Source of the DNA: Neocallimastix sp. 'constans'
Lineage: Eukaryota
DNA length: 64,000 bases
Direction of reading: 5' to 3'
Assembly (NCBI GenBank): GCA_050613775.1
Contig: JBODTK010000152.1
Span: 62,001 to 126,000, forward strand
Part shown: in pieces, positions 36,201 to 49,791 of the stretch
Numbering within the stretch: position 1 is the first letter of the stretch
Layout: each line of letters begins with the position of its first letter
Translations under genes and position numbers: made by a program
Notes under the pieces: generated by a model
Database searches by the model: none
What the model saw: only the letters and a program-made list of their open reading frames with translations
Told to the model about the DNA's origin: nothing

Positions 36201-38274
36201 TTTTATCAAAGACTTCTCTAAAATTGCCAGACCAATTCACCACCTTACCAAAAAAGATGTTGAATTCGTGCGGAACGACGACTGCCAGGCTGCTTTCCTC
36301 AAGTTAAAAGAACTTTTGGTTTCCGCCCCCGTTCTAGCTTATCCTAACTAAGACAAGCCTTTCATCGTGGAATGCGATGCGAGCAACTTTGCCATTGGTG
36401 GTGTACTTTCTCAATATGGCGAAGACGATTTACTACATCCAGTTTATTTCTATTCTAAAAGTCTTTCTAAAACTGAAATTAATTATTCTATTACCGAGAA
36501 AGAACTTTTAGCTATTAAGACAGCCTTCGTTGAATGGAAACACCTACTTCTAGGCAGCAAATTCCAAACCCAGGTTTATTCTGACCACCGTAATTTACTC
36601 TTTGCCAGTAAACCACAACTACTTACCCAACGCCAAGCTCGTTGGCAGGAATTCCTATCTGCTTTTGACTTTACCATCATCTACAGACCTGGTAAGTCGA
36701 ATGGTAAAACTGACCAACTTTCCCGTAGAGTTGACCACGAAGTACTAGCCAGCCAGAACTTGGATGAATGCCCTATCATTTCACCCGAAAAATTTCAAGG
36801 TTTCGACAACCCTTCGAACGATGCCTGTTTGATTACATTCCAGGAATCTTTTTTTGTTGACGACATTAAACAGCGTTATTTGCAAGATGCTCTGGCCCAA
36901 GAAATCTTAACCAAACTTGCAGCTAAGGATAAATCTTTCATGGACAACTGGTCCCTCGAGGATGGAATTATCTTAGAGAGGGAAGGGAAGGTATATGTTC
37001 CCCCTAACTTAAGAAAAACCATCATGAAACTTAATCATGATGACGAAACAGCTGGTCATCTAGGTATCAAGAGAACTTATGAATTAATACGCCGCTGGTA
37101 TACCTGGCCAAACTTGAAAAAAGACGTAACAGACTATGTACAATCCTGTGAAATTTGTGCCAAAATGAAGGATTCTCGACACAAACCTTATGGAAAAATG
37201 GTTAGACTACCCATACCAGAACTTCCAAGGCAACAGTTACAAATTGACTTCACTACAGCTTTACCTTCTAAACCAAAACTAAACGAAAACTCTACGGAAC
37301 GTTCCCACCGCGGATGCATTATGGTGGTTTGTGACGTCTTAACTAAGATGGTGCACCTGGTTGGATTTAATCACGTTCCAACCGCAGCTGAAACTGCCTC
37401 TGCATACCTCCAAAATATTTTTAAGTTACATGGATTACCACTAATTATTACTACTGACCGCGGAGTCCAATTTACCAGTAAGTTCTGGAAGAAAACAATG
37501 AAATTCTTAGGAGTAGACCACAGACTTGCTACTACTAACCACCACCATACTATTGGCCAGGTTGAACGAACCAATGCTTATGTGGAACAATACCTTCGTT
37601 GTTTTTTAGAAAATTTTGATAATGAGTCTTGGATCAAGTAGTTATACCTAGCTGAATTTTGTTACAATAATTCGATCCATGCTTCTACTGGCCAAGCTCC
37701 ATTCCTAGCCATATACAATTATCAGATGTACGCTAATCCTCAAATCGCCGACTTAGTACATTCACTTGGTGCAGCACCCCACATTGATAGTTTTGCCCAC
37801 AATCTGGCTAACCTAAAAAATATACTAGCTATCCAAAAAGAAAACTACTTAAATGCTAAGGATAAGAAACTTGCTAATCCTCCGGTCCAGTACCAACTTT
37901 GTGATCTAGTCTGGTTGAAAAAGCCTGTCAGCTTCAACCCACTCCAATTTTATAAATTACAAACGCGACGTTATGGTCCTTTTAAAATCACTGGAGTTTA
38001 CCCAGAACAAAATAATTTTCGCTTGGACCTTTCTAGCTCACCATTTCCGAATATGTACCCTATATTTCATGTTAGTGAATTAGAGCCTTACTATAAAAGA
38101 AGTCATAACCCCACGGAATTTTCTTCCACGTCCATGGACCGACCATCAGAAATAATTAGAATTCTTAGCTCAAGAAAGTATAAGGGAAACTACCAATACT
38201 TGGTTCTTAGAAGGAATAATTCCCAAGATTGGATCGATGCAGATATTATTGATAAGGACAAGTATTACGACCCG
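33228..38274 (+). pseudogene. F gag-pol with several in-frame stops; chromodomain-like tail cut by G
   Basis: Track ORFs 33141-34178, 34441-36351, 36367-37641 and 37726-38289; YLDD, CDAS, HHCC, GPF, YQYLV...W. Confidence 0.9.
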
Positions 38275-38754
38275 TGTAACAAATCTTAATGTTACTTAAG
38301 ATTGTTATAAGGTTTTTTACACAAAAGGTTCTCGACACTAAAGTAATTCAAAATATGTTTTATTAAAATAAGTTTTTTTATTAGTAAAAAATGTAAATTA
38401 TTATTTTATTAATTAATCATTGTAATATTTTAAATTACTTTAAAATTAATTAATAAAAGCACAAGTAAAAATATTTTATTATGAAATTTTACACCTATTT
38501 ATAGTTTTTCAGGAAAATTAATTATTTTAAGTTATCAGTTGTTATTAGTAATTATTAGAAATAAAAGAAAATTAAAGAAAATTAAAGAAAACAAGTTTTC
38601 TCTCTAGAAAATGAATCTTAGATAAAAAATGATAAAAAATATTAATAAAATAGATTTTTCTATTTTTATCGGTTCAATTGTTTAACCGATAAACACTAGT
38701 AATTTCTTTAATATTCTAGTTACAATAAATAAAAAGTTATTAAAATTTGGAAAG

Positions 38755-38820
38755 AGTTGGTGTCGAACCCTAAGGGTTCAGCCCGATGATTATGGTAACT
38801 TATCATTGAACCGTAGTTAC
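38755..38820 (-). promoter_or_regulatory. tRNA-gene-like Pol III module inside LTR G
   Basis: Minus strand GTAACTA CGGTTCAATGA TAAG...GGTTCGACACC (B box 38759-38769), colinear with the module in A. The A box is degenerate. Confidence 0.65.
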
Positions 38821-39768
38821 TAATTTACTAGTTATGTGTTACGGTACAATTAAATAAAGAAAAATTAAACTATTTAAAGAAAATATTAAAGTAAAAAATA
38901 TCATTAACAATTATAAATAAATAATAAAAAATTGAATATTAAAATATTAGTTATAGAATATTATAAAGTTAAATAAAAATAATTAGATGTATTAAAAAAT
39001 CATGTATTAATTATATTATTTAATATTGTAAAATTTTTATATAATATTTTAATAATTTAGAAAATTTAAGCTTATTATATTTTTATTACTATATTTTTAT
39101 TATTAAATTTTTATTATTAAATTTTTATTATTAATTTTTTTTTATTTTTATTTTTAATCCAATCAAATAAATATTTTATTAGTATAAAAAAGAACAAAGT
39201 AACACAATACTTTTGTTCTCTCCCTTTTTTTCTTACGACTTTATTATTATATTATTTTTTTAATATTTTCTAAAAGTTAAATAATAAATTAAATAGTTTA
39301 AAATAAATTAAAATTTATTAAATAGTTTTTTCTAAATTTAATGTTTTAAAAGTGTTTAATTAATAGTTTTTTTGTGTTTAGTGTATAATATTAAGATAAG
39401 TATAGTATAAAATTAGTTTAGTAATAGATTAGTTGTATTAAACATTTTATAGAAATAGTAATAGATTTAGAGAAATTGTTTAGTTTAGATTAGAATAGTT
39501 TAGATTAAGATATTAGTTTAAGTTATTTTAACTTAGTTTAGATTCTTTTAGATTAGGATAGTTTAGACTAAAATTAGAGTAGTTTATTAATTAATTTAGG
39601 TTTAGAATTAGAGAATAATATTTTAAATTTTTCCTTATTATTAGAATATATTATTTTATTAATAAAATCTTCAGATCTTGTACCATAAAATTTGGCGAGC
39701 TATGCAGGACCTGAAGAGATAAAATAATATGAAAATAATAATTTGAGAAAATTTTAATAATTAATAAG

Positions 39769-39813
<45 letters not shown>

Positions 39814-40542
39814 TTATTCTAAAATATTATTAATAGTAGTTATAAAAAATTAATAATTATTAAAAAAAAAAAAAAAAATTTGTTATTTTTACTTTTTTGA
39901 GAATATTAAAATCAAAAAGTATAATAATTCATATACAGTGTTTAAACCGGTTGAAAATTAATTAGTAAAGAATTAGGGTGATTCCAATTTTTTACTAATT
40001 AAGGTTTTTAGTCGATCTCGTGAGTGCGTGAATACGTCCCAAAGTAATAATTATACTCCCCACGGCACTTTCCGTAGTTTATCAACTATCCGAGTGTTGT
40101 CAGGGTTTTTGGACAAGATCGAGCACTGGAACAATAATGAACTTATATCACCGAAGGTATAAGGTTTTCTTTTTTAGAATTATTATATTAATATAAAATA
40201 AAGTCGCGTCAACAATAAATAAATCGAAATATTCAGCAAAAATTTTTTCAGTTTATTAGCAATTAAAATTTCAATTCAGTAACAGTTTAATTTTTCAATA
40301 TTTAGTTATTTCAAAATTTAGTTTAATTAAGATATAAATTTTTTTTTTTAATCATTCATCCATCCATCAACTTAATAAAAATATACAATTAAAAGAATAT
40401 ATTAATTCATCAATTTAATAAATAAAACAATTAATTATAATAAAAATAATAAAAAATAAATTTATATAAGACATTTATCTCCTCATTCATCCATCAATTC
40501 ATCAATTAAATATTAAAAGCATTAGATTTTTTTTTTATCAAA

Positions 40543-41538
40543 ATGAAAATTTTAGAATTGGAAAGGCTATTACCCAGACTTAACGAAAGCGCAAGGGATG
40601 TCGATTCATGGATCGATGAATTTTCAAGAATAATGGCACTGGCTGATATCACCAATCCAAGAAGCATTCTTACCTGGGCAATGGAGTGTGTAGAAGGAAA
40701 GTTGAGGGGCACTTTACAAGAACTACATACAATAGATGAGGAAGGTAATGAACATTTTCCATCAATGAGAGAAATAAAAGAAGCAATTGAAAATTCATTA
40801 GAAGTAACTCCACAAGAGAAATGTAAAAGACTACAACGAATGAAAATTCAAAGAGGAGAAAGCATAAAAAACTTTAATTGGAGATATAGGAAAATTTATA
40901 ACAGTCTACCAAAATTGTACCAAACATTTATAACAATAGAAGATTATGCTGATTCGATTATCTACCGTCCTTATGCTAGATCACAAGTAATAACACAACG
41001 ATGTATAGATCTTGAAGATGCTTTTGAAGAAGCAGAGTTAGCTGAAAGAGCTGAAGAAGGAGGAAATCTTAAAAATGAAACCGTGATGATGACAGTATTT
41101 AATTCTCAACCATTCTATTACCGAAGTAACACTCATCCATTTAAGCAATTCAATTCTCCAAGTTATAATTATAATTATAATGGAAGACAATTTTACATTA
41201 AGAAAACTCCTCGAAATTATACAAATTATAATGAAAATAGAGAATTTACAACTAATAATTTTAATACTAAATTCAATTCTAAAAATGAAATTATGCAAAG
41301 TAATAATTTGGAAAATACCACACAAAATATTAAAGATAGTAAAATAAGAAATAACTTGGTAAATAATGAAATCAAACAAGCCAGAAATACATTTAATTCT
41401 GAGAAATCCCACATTATTTGTTACCGTTGTGGACAACAAGGACACATTTATAAACTATGTCCTTATTCCTTTAAAGAATTTGCTAAACTAAGAAATCAAA
41501 ATAATACAATAAATTTAAACAATCATTTAAACTTCTAA
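40543..41538 (+). CDS. D Gag
   Basis: 331-aa ORF with CYRCGQQGHIYKLC knuckle; similar to E Gag. Confidence 0.9.
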   Translation: MKILELERLLPRLNESARDVDSWIDEFSRIMALADITNPRSILTWAMECVEGKLRGTLQELHTIDEEGNEHFPSMREIKEAIENSLEVTPQEKCKRLQRMKIQRGESIKNFNWRYRKIYNSLPKLYQTFITIEDYADSIIYRPYARSQVITQRCIDLEDAFEEAELAERAEEGGNLKNETVMMTVFNSQPFYYRSNTHPFKQFNSPSYNYNYNGRQFYIKKTPRNYTNYNENREFTTNNFNTKFNSKNEIMQSNNLENTTQNIKDSKIRNNLVNNEIKQARNTFNSEKSHIICYRCGQQGHIYKLCPYSFKEFAKLRNQNNTINLNNHLNF

Positions 41539-44500
41539 ACGGGAGAAGGGAAACTCCCAGTAATCAAACCAATGATGAAATAGTAGCTACTGCAGTTAGA
41601 AGAAAAGGAAAACAAGTTTTTGAAAAACCATATTCAAGAGATAAAAGAAAACAAAATGAAAATAAAGTAAATGATAATATTTCTAATTCTAATAATATCA
41701 TACAAGAAGATAATGAAGATATAGAAATTGAAACCAACGAAATAAATACAATATCTAACACTCCTATAAATGAAACCGAAAGACTTGAGGAGATTGATGT
41801 GTCAGTTATTGCGCAACCCTCAATCAACAAAGCTAAACGAAATTCAAAGAAACAAAAAGAAAAAGAAATATTAGAAAGCACTAAGAATCTCGAGGTTAGT
41901 TCTAATAAAGAATCTAGAGTTAAACTTCCAAGTGTAGAATTAGAAGAGAAGAAAGTTAAAACCAACAATCCCAATAAACAAATAACCATTATGGAAGGTC
42001 AATCAAAATATGATATTTGTAAAGACATAAGTACTAGGTTTGCTAATATTACATTACCTCAATTATTGGATGTTAGTCCTAAACTCCGTGCTGATATTGT
42101 AAAGGCCTTAAAATTAAAAACTACAGAAACAATTAAAGAGACTCCTGAAGAAGTTGTATTATCTGCTATACGTAGGGAAGATGTTGCTACAGTTGAATGT
42201 TTAATTAATGGAGTCCAAGGTATTGCATTTTTAGATACAGGCGCAAGCATTAATATTATTACTAGACAATTTTTAAACAAGTTAGGAGATGTAAAACCAA
42301 TTGGATTTGTTAAAAATAATATTGTTCAATTATTATCTAAAGAGAATGTTAATACTGAAATCTACTTGCTAAAAGTTCAACTTGGAGATTTAGCTATTCA
42401 TGATATATTCCGAGTTATAGATAATCACCAAAACCTATTTGATGTTTTAATTAGCTATAAAACACTTAAAGAAAATAATTTATTTATTAATCCTATTAAT
42501 AATAATTTGTGCATAATGAAAGAAAATAACAAATGGATGTGTGTCAAAAATCTTTGCAAAGAAGAGAAAGGAAATGTTATTAGTGATGATGAAGATGCTG
42601 AATCAATAATTATATATGATAAAACAAATTCTGATATTAATAATAATTCCTATCTTTATTGCTTTGTTAATGAAATTGATAATATTAATAACAACTTAAC
42701 AATAACTCAAAATAAAATAGAAGACTCTAAAACAATAACTAAAGAAGTAGATATCATTAATGAAAATGGTGTTTTTGAAAAAGATCAACTCCTGCAAAAT
42801 ATACTTAAAGGAATTCCAAAAAAGCTAAGAAATGAAGTAAAAAAGTTATTTGATGAATATAATACTATTCTTGCCACAAAAATTGATGAGTTAAAACCAA
42901 CTAAATTGTTACCTCATAGTATTCAACTCGAGCCTAACGCTAAACCGATTAAACAGAGATGTTATCGACTTTCTAAAGTTCAAGCATTAGCTCTTAAAAA
43001 GGAATTAGAAAAACTTATAAAAAATAAACTAATTGAACCATCACACTCCCCTTGGTCTTCTCCCGTTATTTTAGTGCCTAAGAAAAATAAACAGTGGAGA
43101 ATATGTATAGATTTTCGAAAACTAAACAATCTTACTATTAAAGATGCATATTCGTTACCGCTTATAGATGAAATTTTATTTTCTATCGGGAAAAAAGTTA
43201 AAGTTTTTACTACGATTGATTTATTTTCGGGATTTCATCAGATCCCTATGAAAAAAGAAGATATTCCTAAAACTAGCTTTGCTACAATGTATGGTAACTA
43301 TCAATTCTTAGTTATGCCCTTTGGTTTATGCAATGCCCCAGGTACTTTTCAAAGGGAAATGAATAGAATATTCTTTCCTCTTATTGGAGTATGCATGTTT
43401 GTTTATATCGATGATCTAGTTATATTTTCACCCTCCTTTGAACAACATATTATAGATATTAAGAAAGTGTTTGATATTATCAAAGAAAATGGATTAAAAA
43501 TTAACTTAGAAAAATGTCATTTTTTTAAAATAAAAGTCGAATTGTTAGGACATACTTTATCAATTAATGGTATTTCCCCTATTCAAGCTAAAGTTCAAGT
43601 CATATTAGAATGGATACCACCAAAAAATGTTACACAATTACAATCTTTCCTTGGTGCAGTGGGTTATTACCGTAAATTTATTCTTAACTTCGCTAATATA
43701 GCAAAACCATTATTTAAACTTGTTAAAAAAGGTGTAAAGTTTGTCTGGGGTAAAGAACAAGAAGAAAGCTTTAATTAGTTGAAACTAAAATTAGCATCTA
43801 CTCCTATTCTTGTTATGCCTGACTTCGAAAAACAATTTATAATCAGAACGGATGCCTCTTTCGATGGTATTGGAGGTGTTTTACTTCAGAAAGATGAGAA
43901 TGGTATTGAAAAGCCAATTCACTTCGTAAGTCGCTCTTTAAAACCGGCGGAAAAGAATTATTCAATAACTGATCTTGAAGGAACTGCCGCGACTTACTGC
44001 GTTCAAAAATTTAAATCTTATATTTCTGGAAATAAAAATGAAACTCTTTTATTCACCGATCATAAACCTTTAGTTGGACTTTTCAAAAATAAAGAAACTA
44101 ACAATTCTAGACAAACTCGATGGGTATTACTTCTATCAATGCTAAAAGTTAAAGTCTTATATGAACCTGGAAAGAAAAATGTCATCGCTGATGCACTTTC
44201 TAGATTATCAACAAAAGAAAATACAATATTAACAACTGTTACTGAAGAGATAAATGAAAATAATCCGTATAACTTACTTACAAAATTTAAAGATAAATTT
44301 ACAATAATTAATAACGAAGAATATTATAAAGACCATGGAAAACTTAGAAAAGTTATAAAAAATCAAAACGAAAAAATTGATTTAATACTAAAAGCTCACA
44401 AAGTTGGTCACGAAGGAGTATTTAAAACTTACAATAGACTTAAACGTGACTACTATTGGATCAACATGATACTTGACGTTAAATACATTGTCAGAACTTG

Positions 44501-45437
44501 TGATAGGTGTCAACACTTTAGATCGCAATCTTTTAATAACCAAACAGAAGATATTGCTACTCAACCTGGTTTACCATTTACGAAAGTTGGCTTGGATATA
44601 GTAGGTCCACTTCCTACTTCAAGAAAAGGAAATAAATATATAATAGTTTTAGTAGATTACTTAACAAAGTGGGTTGAAGCAGAACCAACCCAAAATATTG
44701 ATTCAGATGATGTAATAGAATTTTTATCCAAGATTTTTGCTCGATTCGGAATACCAGAAATATTAGTAACTGATAACGGTCCATAGTTCTGTTCTGATAA
44801 AACAAAAGCATTCTTAGACTTATATGGTGTTTATGTTAACTTCGTTGTTACTTATCATCCAGAATCTAATGGTCAAGTAGAAAATCGAAACAAAGAAATA
44901 GGCAAATACCTTAGATTACTTTGTAATAAAAATACATCAATATGGGATGAAATGCTACCTAGTGCTTTATGGGCCTTGCGTACTTGTAAAAATGAAACAA
45001 CTAAATTTTCAAGTTTTGAATTGTTATATGGCCGACGTGACCTTCAGTCGTTTGAATTACAATTAAACTTAGATAAAAAGGAAAATTATGAAAGTGATGA
45101 TGAATTTTTAATTAGAAGATTTACAAAACATTATAAATGGATCAAGGAAGCCATAAATAATATTCAAACAGCAAACAAAATCTGGGAAGATAGAAGAAAA
45201 CAAGTAAAAAGACTTAAAGCTAATTATAAACCAGGAGATCTAGTATTAATCAAATATATTAATAGAAGAAAACTTGATCCATACTTCTTAGGTCCTATGA
45301 AAATTGTTAAAAAACAATTCAATACTGTAACGTTATGTGATCCATTAACAAACGAAATTGCTGAAAGAAATGTCCACTTAAAGAATATTATACCTTATAG
45401 ACTATGCGAAATTGAGACTTCAAGGGACGAAGTCTGA
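41526..45437 (+). pseudogene. D pol (-1 frame) with two premature TAG stops (about 43778 and 44786)
   Basis: FLDTGAS, YIDD, TDAS, HHCC and integrase core. Three track ORFs lie in one frame separated by single stops. Confidence 0.9.
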
Positions 45438-46307
45438 ACTTAGGGGTGGCATCATGTTACGGTACAATTAAATAAAGAAAAATTAAACTATTTAAAGAAA
45501 ATATTAAAGTAAAAAATATCATTAACAATTATAAATAAATAATAAAAAATTGAATATTAAAATATTAGTTATAGAATATTATAAAGTTAAATAAAAATAA
45601 TTAGATGTATTAAAAAATCATGTATTAATTATATTATTTAATATTGTAAAATTTTTATATAATATTTTAATAATTTAGAGAATTTAAGCTTATTATATTT
45701 TTATTACTATATTTTTATTATTAAATTTTTATTATTAAATTTTTATTATTAATTTTTTTTATTTTTATTTTTAATCCAATCAAATAAATATTTTATTAGT
45801 ATAAAAAAGAACAAAGTAACACAATACTTTTGTTCTCTCCCTTTTTTTCTTACGACTTTATTATTATATTATTTTTTTAATATTTTCTAAAAGTTAAATA
45901 ATAAATTAAATAGTTTAAAATAAATTAAAATTTATTAAATAGTTTTTTCTAAATTTAATGTTTTAAAAGTGTTTAATTAATAGTTTTTTTGTGTTTAGTG
46001 TATAATATTAAGATAAGTATAGTATAAAATTAGTTTAGTAATAGATTAGTTGTATTAAACATTTTATAGAAATAGTAATAGATTTAGAGAAATTGTTTAG
46101 TTTAGATTAGAATAGTTTAGATTAAGATATTAGTTTAAGTTATTTTAACTTAGTTTAGATTCTTTTAGATTAGGATAGTTTAGACTAAAATTAGAGTAGT
46201 TTATTAATTAATTTAGGTTTAGAATTAGAGAATAATATTTTAAATTTTTCCTTATTATTAGAATATATTATTTTATTAATAAAATCTTCAGATCTTGTAC
46301 CATATGT

Positions 46308-46946
46308 TGATACGGAACTAACTAATAATTCGTATTATACTATTGGAAATTATAATTAAGTTTAATAACTTTATGTATTAAATATTTTAAACTATTTTTA
46401 TAATTCCAAAATTTTATTCTTAATTTAAAATAATTATATAAATTATCAAATTAAATTGATTAATGACTAATTATTAAAAAATTATTATTTAATTAAATTG
46501 ATTAATGACTAATTATTAAAAAATTATTATCTTATATTAATTAAATTGTTTTATTATTATATTTAATTATTATTAATATTAAATTGTTTCAAGAATTATA
46601 TTATCAAAAATATTACCAATAATTTTATTGTTAAATTTTTTAATTTTATCATTAATAATATTTGTCATTAAAGATAATATTAATTATATTAGTATTAATA
46701 TTTTTATTATTAAAATAACTCTTAAAAAATATTATTTAAAATCACATGTAATAATTATACTAATAAGAATTAAAATAATTTAAATTATTATAAAAATTCA
46801 TGTAGTAAAAAAGTATAAAAGAAAAAGAAAATACTTAATAAAAAATCAGGAGTTAAAAAAATAAAAAAAAACTGGAAATTGAAATTAAATTATTAACTAA
46901 TATATTATTTTCATTTTTTTTTGAAGTTTATTGTGTACCTGCACCA
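46308..46946. mobile_element. Solo LTR H1
   Basis: tgatacgg...gcacca; TSD atgt; near-identical to H2. Confidence 0.88.
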
Positions 46947-46949
46947 ATG

Positions 46950-47649
46950 TGTAATAATCTATTTATAATATACTAACTATAACTAGATTATTAATATTTT
47001 AAGATATAAAAATTTATACTTAACTTTATATAGAGTTTATTATAAACACTAAATATTGAAATAAACAAAAAGACTTTATTTTCTTTTAATTTATTATATA
47101 GCATTATATAATAATAACTCTAATTTCTTTAATCAAAGAAATTTGAGTTCTTTTATACTTTTTTATTTATAATTATTTTAATAGATGAAATTATTAAATA
47201 GATGTAATTATTAAATAAATAAAATAGATAAGATAAAGTTAACAAATCAAATAAAGGTATCTAATCTTAACAAATTGATATTCAGGAAAAGATTAGTAGA
47301 AAAACCTGAATAACTTCGATTAATATTCTAATATATTAATCATCGTATTAATTAATAAAAACCCAATCATAATAATATTGGGGAAAAAATTAATTAACCG
47401 ATTACTAAAATCTTATTAATTATCAACTAATTGAAATAATAAAATATAAATAATATTTTTAAGTAATTTTTTTTTTTTTTAAGTAATTAATACATTACAA
47501 CAAATTTGTTTACATTATTTTTCAATATATTAATTTGGATAAATTAATATATTTTTTACATGTTAATAAATATTGAAATATAAATGAAATATAAATTAAT
47601 TAAATAAGAAGATAGATTATTTTATAAGAAATAAATCTATATTCTTACA
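46950..47649 (-). mobile_element. Solo LTR I (B family)
   Basis: tgtaataatc...ttcttaca; right TSD ttatg; B-family motifs. Confidence 0.85.
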
Positions 47650-47652
47650 TTA

Positions 47653-48123
47653 TGGTACGGGACGCCCTGATAACTATGAAATAAGCAATAAATTTGAAAA
47701 TAAAGTTATAAGATTAAATATTTAAATTTTTAAAAAAATAAACAATTATAACCTTAAATTAGATAAAAAAGAATATAAAAAGATGTAAATAAGAAAATAA
47801 TTATAAGGAGAGAGAGATCAGAAAGAAAAGAAAGAAAAAAAAATATAAATAGGACAAAAATATAAAAAAATGTAGTGTAGAATGGAGATATAATAAGAAA
47901 TAAAAATATATAGTTAGTTAGATTATAATAAAAATGTAGTAATTAAAATAATGTATAATTAAGTAATATAATAAATAAAAAAAAAATATTAATAAAATAA
48001 TAAAAAAAAATATTTTAATAATAAATAAATAAAAGTTCTTAATTTATGTGTTTATTCAATTTAGAATAATTTATCTTAACTAGAGAAGTGTCAAAAAAGC
48101 CCAAGGTACAATAACACGAACCA
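47653..48123. mobile_element. Solo LTR J
   Basis: tggtacg...cgaacca inverted ends; right TSD gtta. Confidence 0.8.
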
Positions 48124-48129
48124 GTTATT

Positions 48130-49059
48130 TGTAAAGAATAATAATTAATTTTTATTAAAATAAAAAATAATTATTAATCTTTATTAAAATAAAAAATAAT
48201 TATTAATCTTTATTAAATAAAATAATAATTATTTAATAAAATTTATTAACTTTATTATAAAATATTTTTAATATAAAATTATTATTAATAATTTAAAATT
48301 AATATTGTAAAATTATTATTCTTTATCATTGTATTAATTAATAATATTAAAATAATTAAACATTAATATTTTTTATATTTGTTAAAATTCATTTGATAAT
48401 TATATGTTAAGTTTTAATTTAAATAATTGTTACATTAATATAATTTTAAACAAATCTAATATAAATTATAGAATTATAATTTAGAAATAATTATAAAATT
48501 ATATTAAAATCATAATGTAACAAATCAAATGAAAAAAGAATAATTAATATTTAAAAAATTAATTAAAATAAAACAATGTCATGTATAATTGACATTGTTT
48601 AAATAAAACAAATGTTAATTGAAGTTTTCCGATTGGAAAATATCGGTTTTTATTCAATTAACATATGATCAATTTTATTAATAATTGATCATTAAACTTT
48701 TTAGGTTTTTCTCCCAAATCTTTTCCTAAAAAGTTATTCATTAAGATTTGGAACTTTACTATAAATAATTCTTGATTTTCTTTATTTTGAAAATCAAGAG
48801 TTATTATTATAAGAATATAATTATAATAATAAACAAAATAAATTTTTAATTTTTTAAAAATAACAAAAATCTAAATAAAAATTATTTTTAATAAAAAATA
48901 TTTTAATAAAAATTTTATTTGAACTAATCTCTTATAATAAACTCCTACCCTATTTTAAGTTTCGTTAAGTATTTTCTTTTTTTTTAATTTCTCGATTAAT
49001 ATTAGTATTAATTGTAGAAAAGGGTTAAATTTAATTAAGTTTAAATTTAATTCTTTACA
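48130..49059 (+). mobile_element. Solo LTR K (B family)
   Basis: tgtaaagaat...attctttaca perfect inverted ends; TSD ttatt on both sides. Confidence 0.88.
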
Positions 49060-49096
49060 TTATTGGAACGTTACGTTCAGAAAAATATGAATTTCT

Positions 49097-49128
<32 letters not shown>

Positions 49129-49499
49129 TTTAAATTATTTAAATTTATATTTAATTAGTTTATATGAATAAGTAAATAAATAATGATATTTATTTAACAA
49201 ACAATTAAATTATTAAATTAAAGTATATTTTTAATTAAAAGTTAGTATTTTTATTTATGTAAATAATAAACTAAATAGTTAAATAATTTTAAATTACTAA
49301 TATTTCTAAATAATATGTATTTAAAATAAATATTTTTAATTATTTTTAATATGTATTTAAAATAGATATTGTTTATTATTTTTAAGGTATATTTAGTTAA
49401 AATATATTAATTCAATTTATATTAACAATTAAATTGTATAAAAATTATAAAATAAAAATTAGGAAAATAATCAAATAGTATAAAAAAATATTAAATTAA

Positions 49500-49536
<37 letters not shown>

Positions 49537-49791
49537 ATATAAATAGGAAATTTTACAAAAATAAATTTTTAGGAAAAAATAATAATATTAATAAAATAAA
49601 ATAAAAATAAATAAAATATTATAAAAATAATTAATATAGAGCATTACGTCCCAAATTTCTGGTGGAGAATCCGGGCGTATGCTCTATGAAATATTATATA
49701 CCATTATAAAAAAAAATTATATATATAACTTGTTATAAAATATTTATATAAAAAAAATATATATTGCTAAACATAAACTTAATAATACACT

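Larger units (their letters stand above)
38837..46302 (+). mobile_element. Element D: full-length Ty3/gypsy (two ORFs, no chromodomain); youngest member of the stack
   Basis: LTRs 38837-39685 and 45455-46302, nearly identical. 4-bp TSD tatg. PBS tggcgagctatgcagga (39693-39709, resembles a tRNA-Arg 3' end). PPT taggggtggcatca. Confidence 0.95.

Noticed and set aside
34176..44786. RIP-like hypermutation or programmed stop-codon readthrough in D and F
   Set aside because: Only a handful of stops. One (cca tag vs E cca cag) is a C>T change, but LTR pairs are nearly identical and E and C are intact, so ordinary decay is sufficient.
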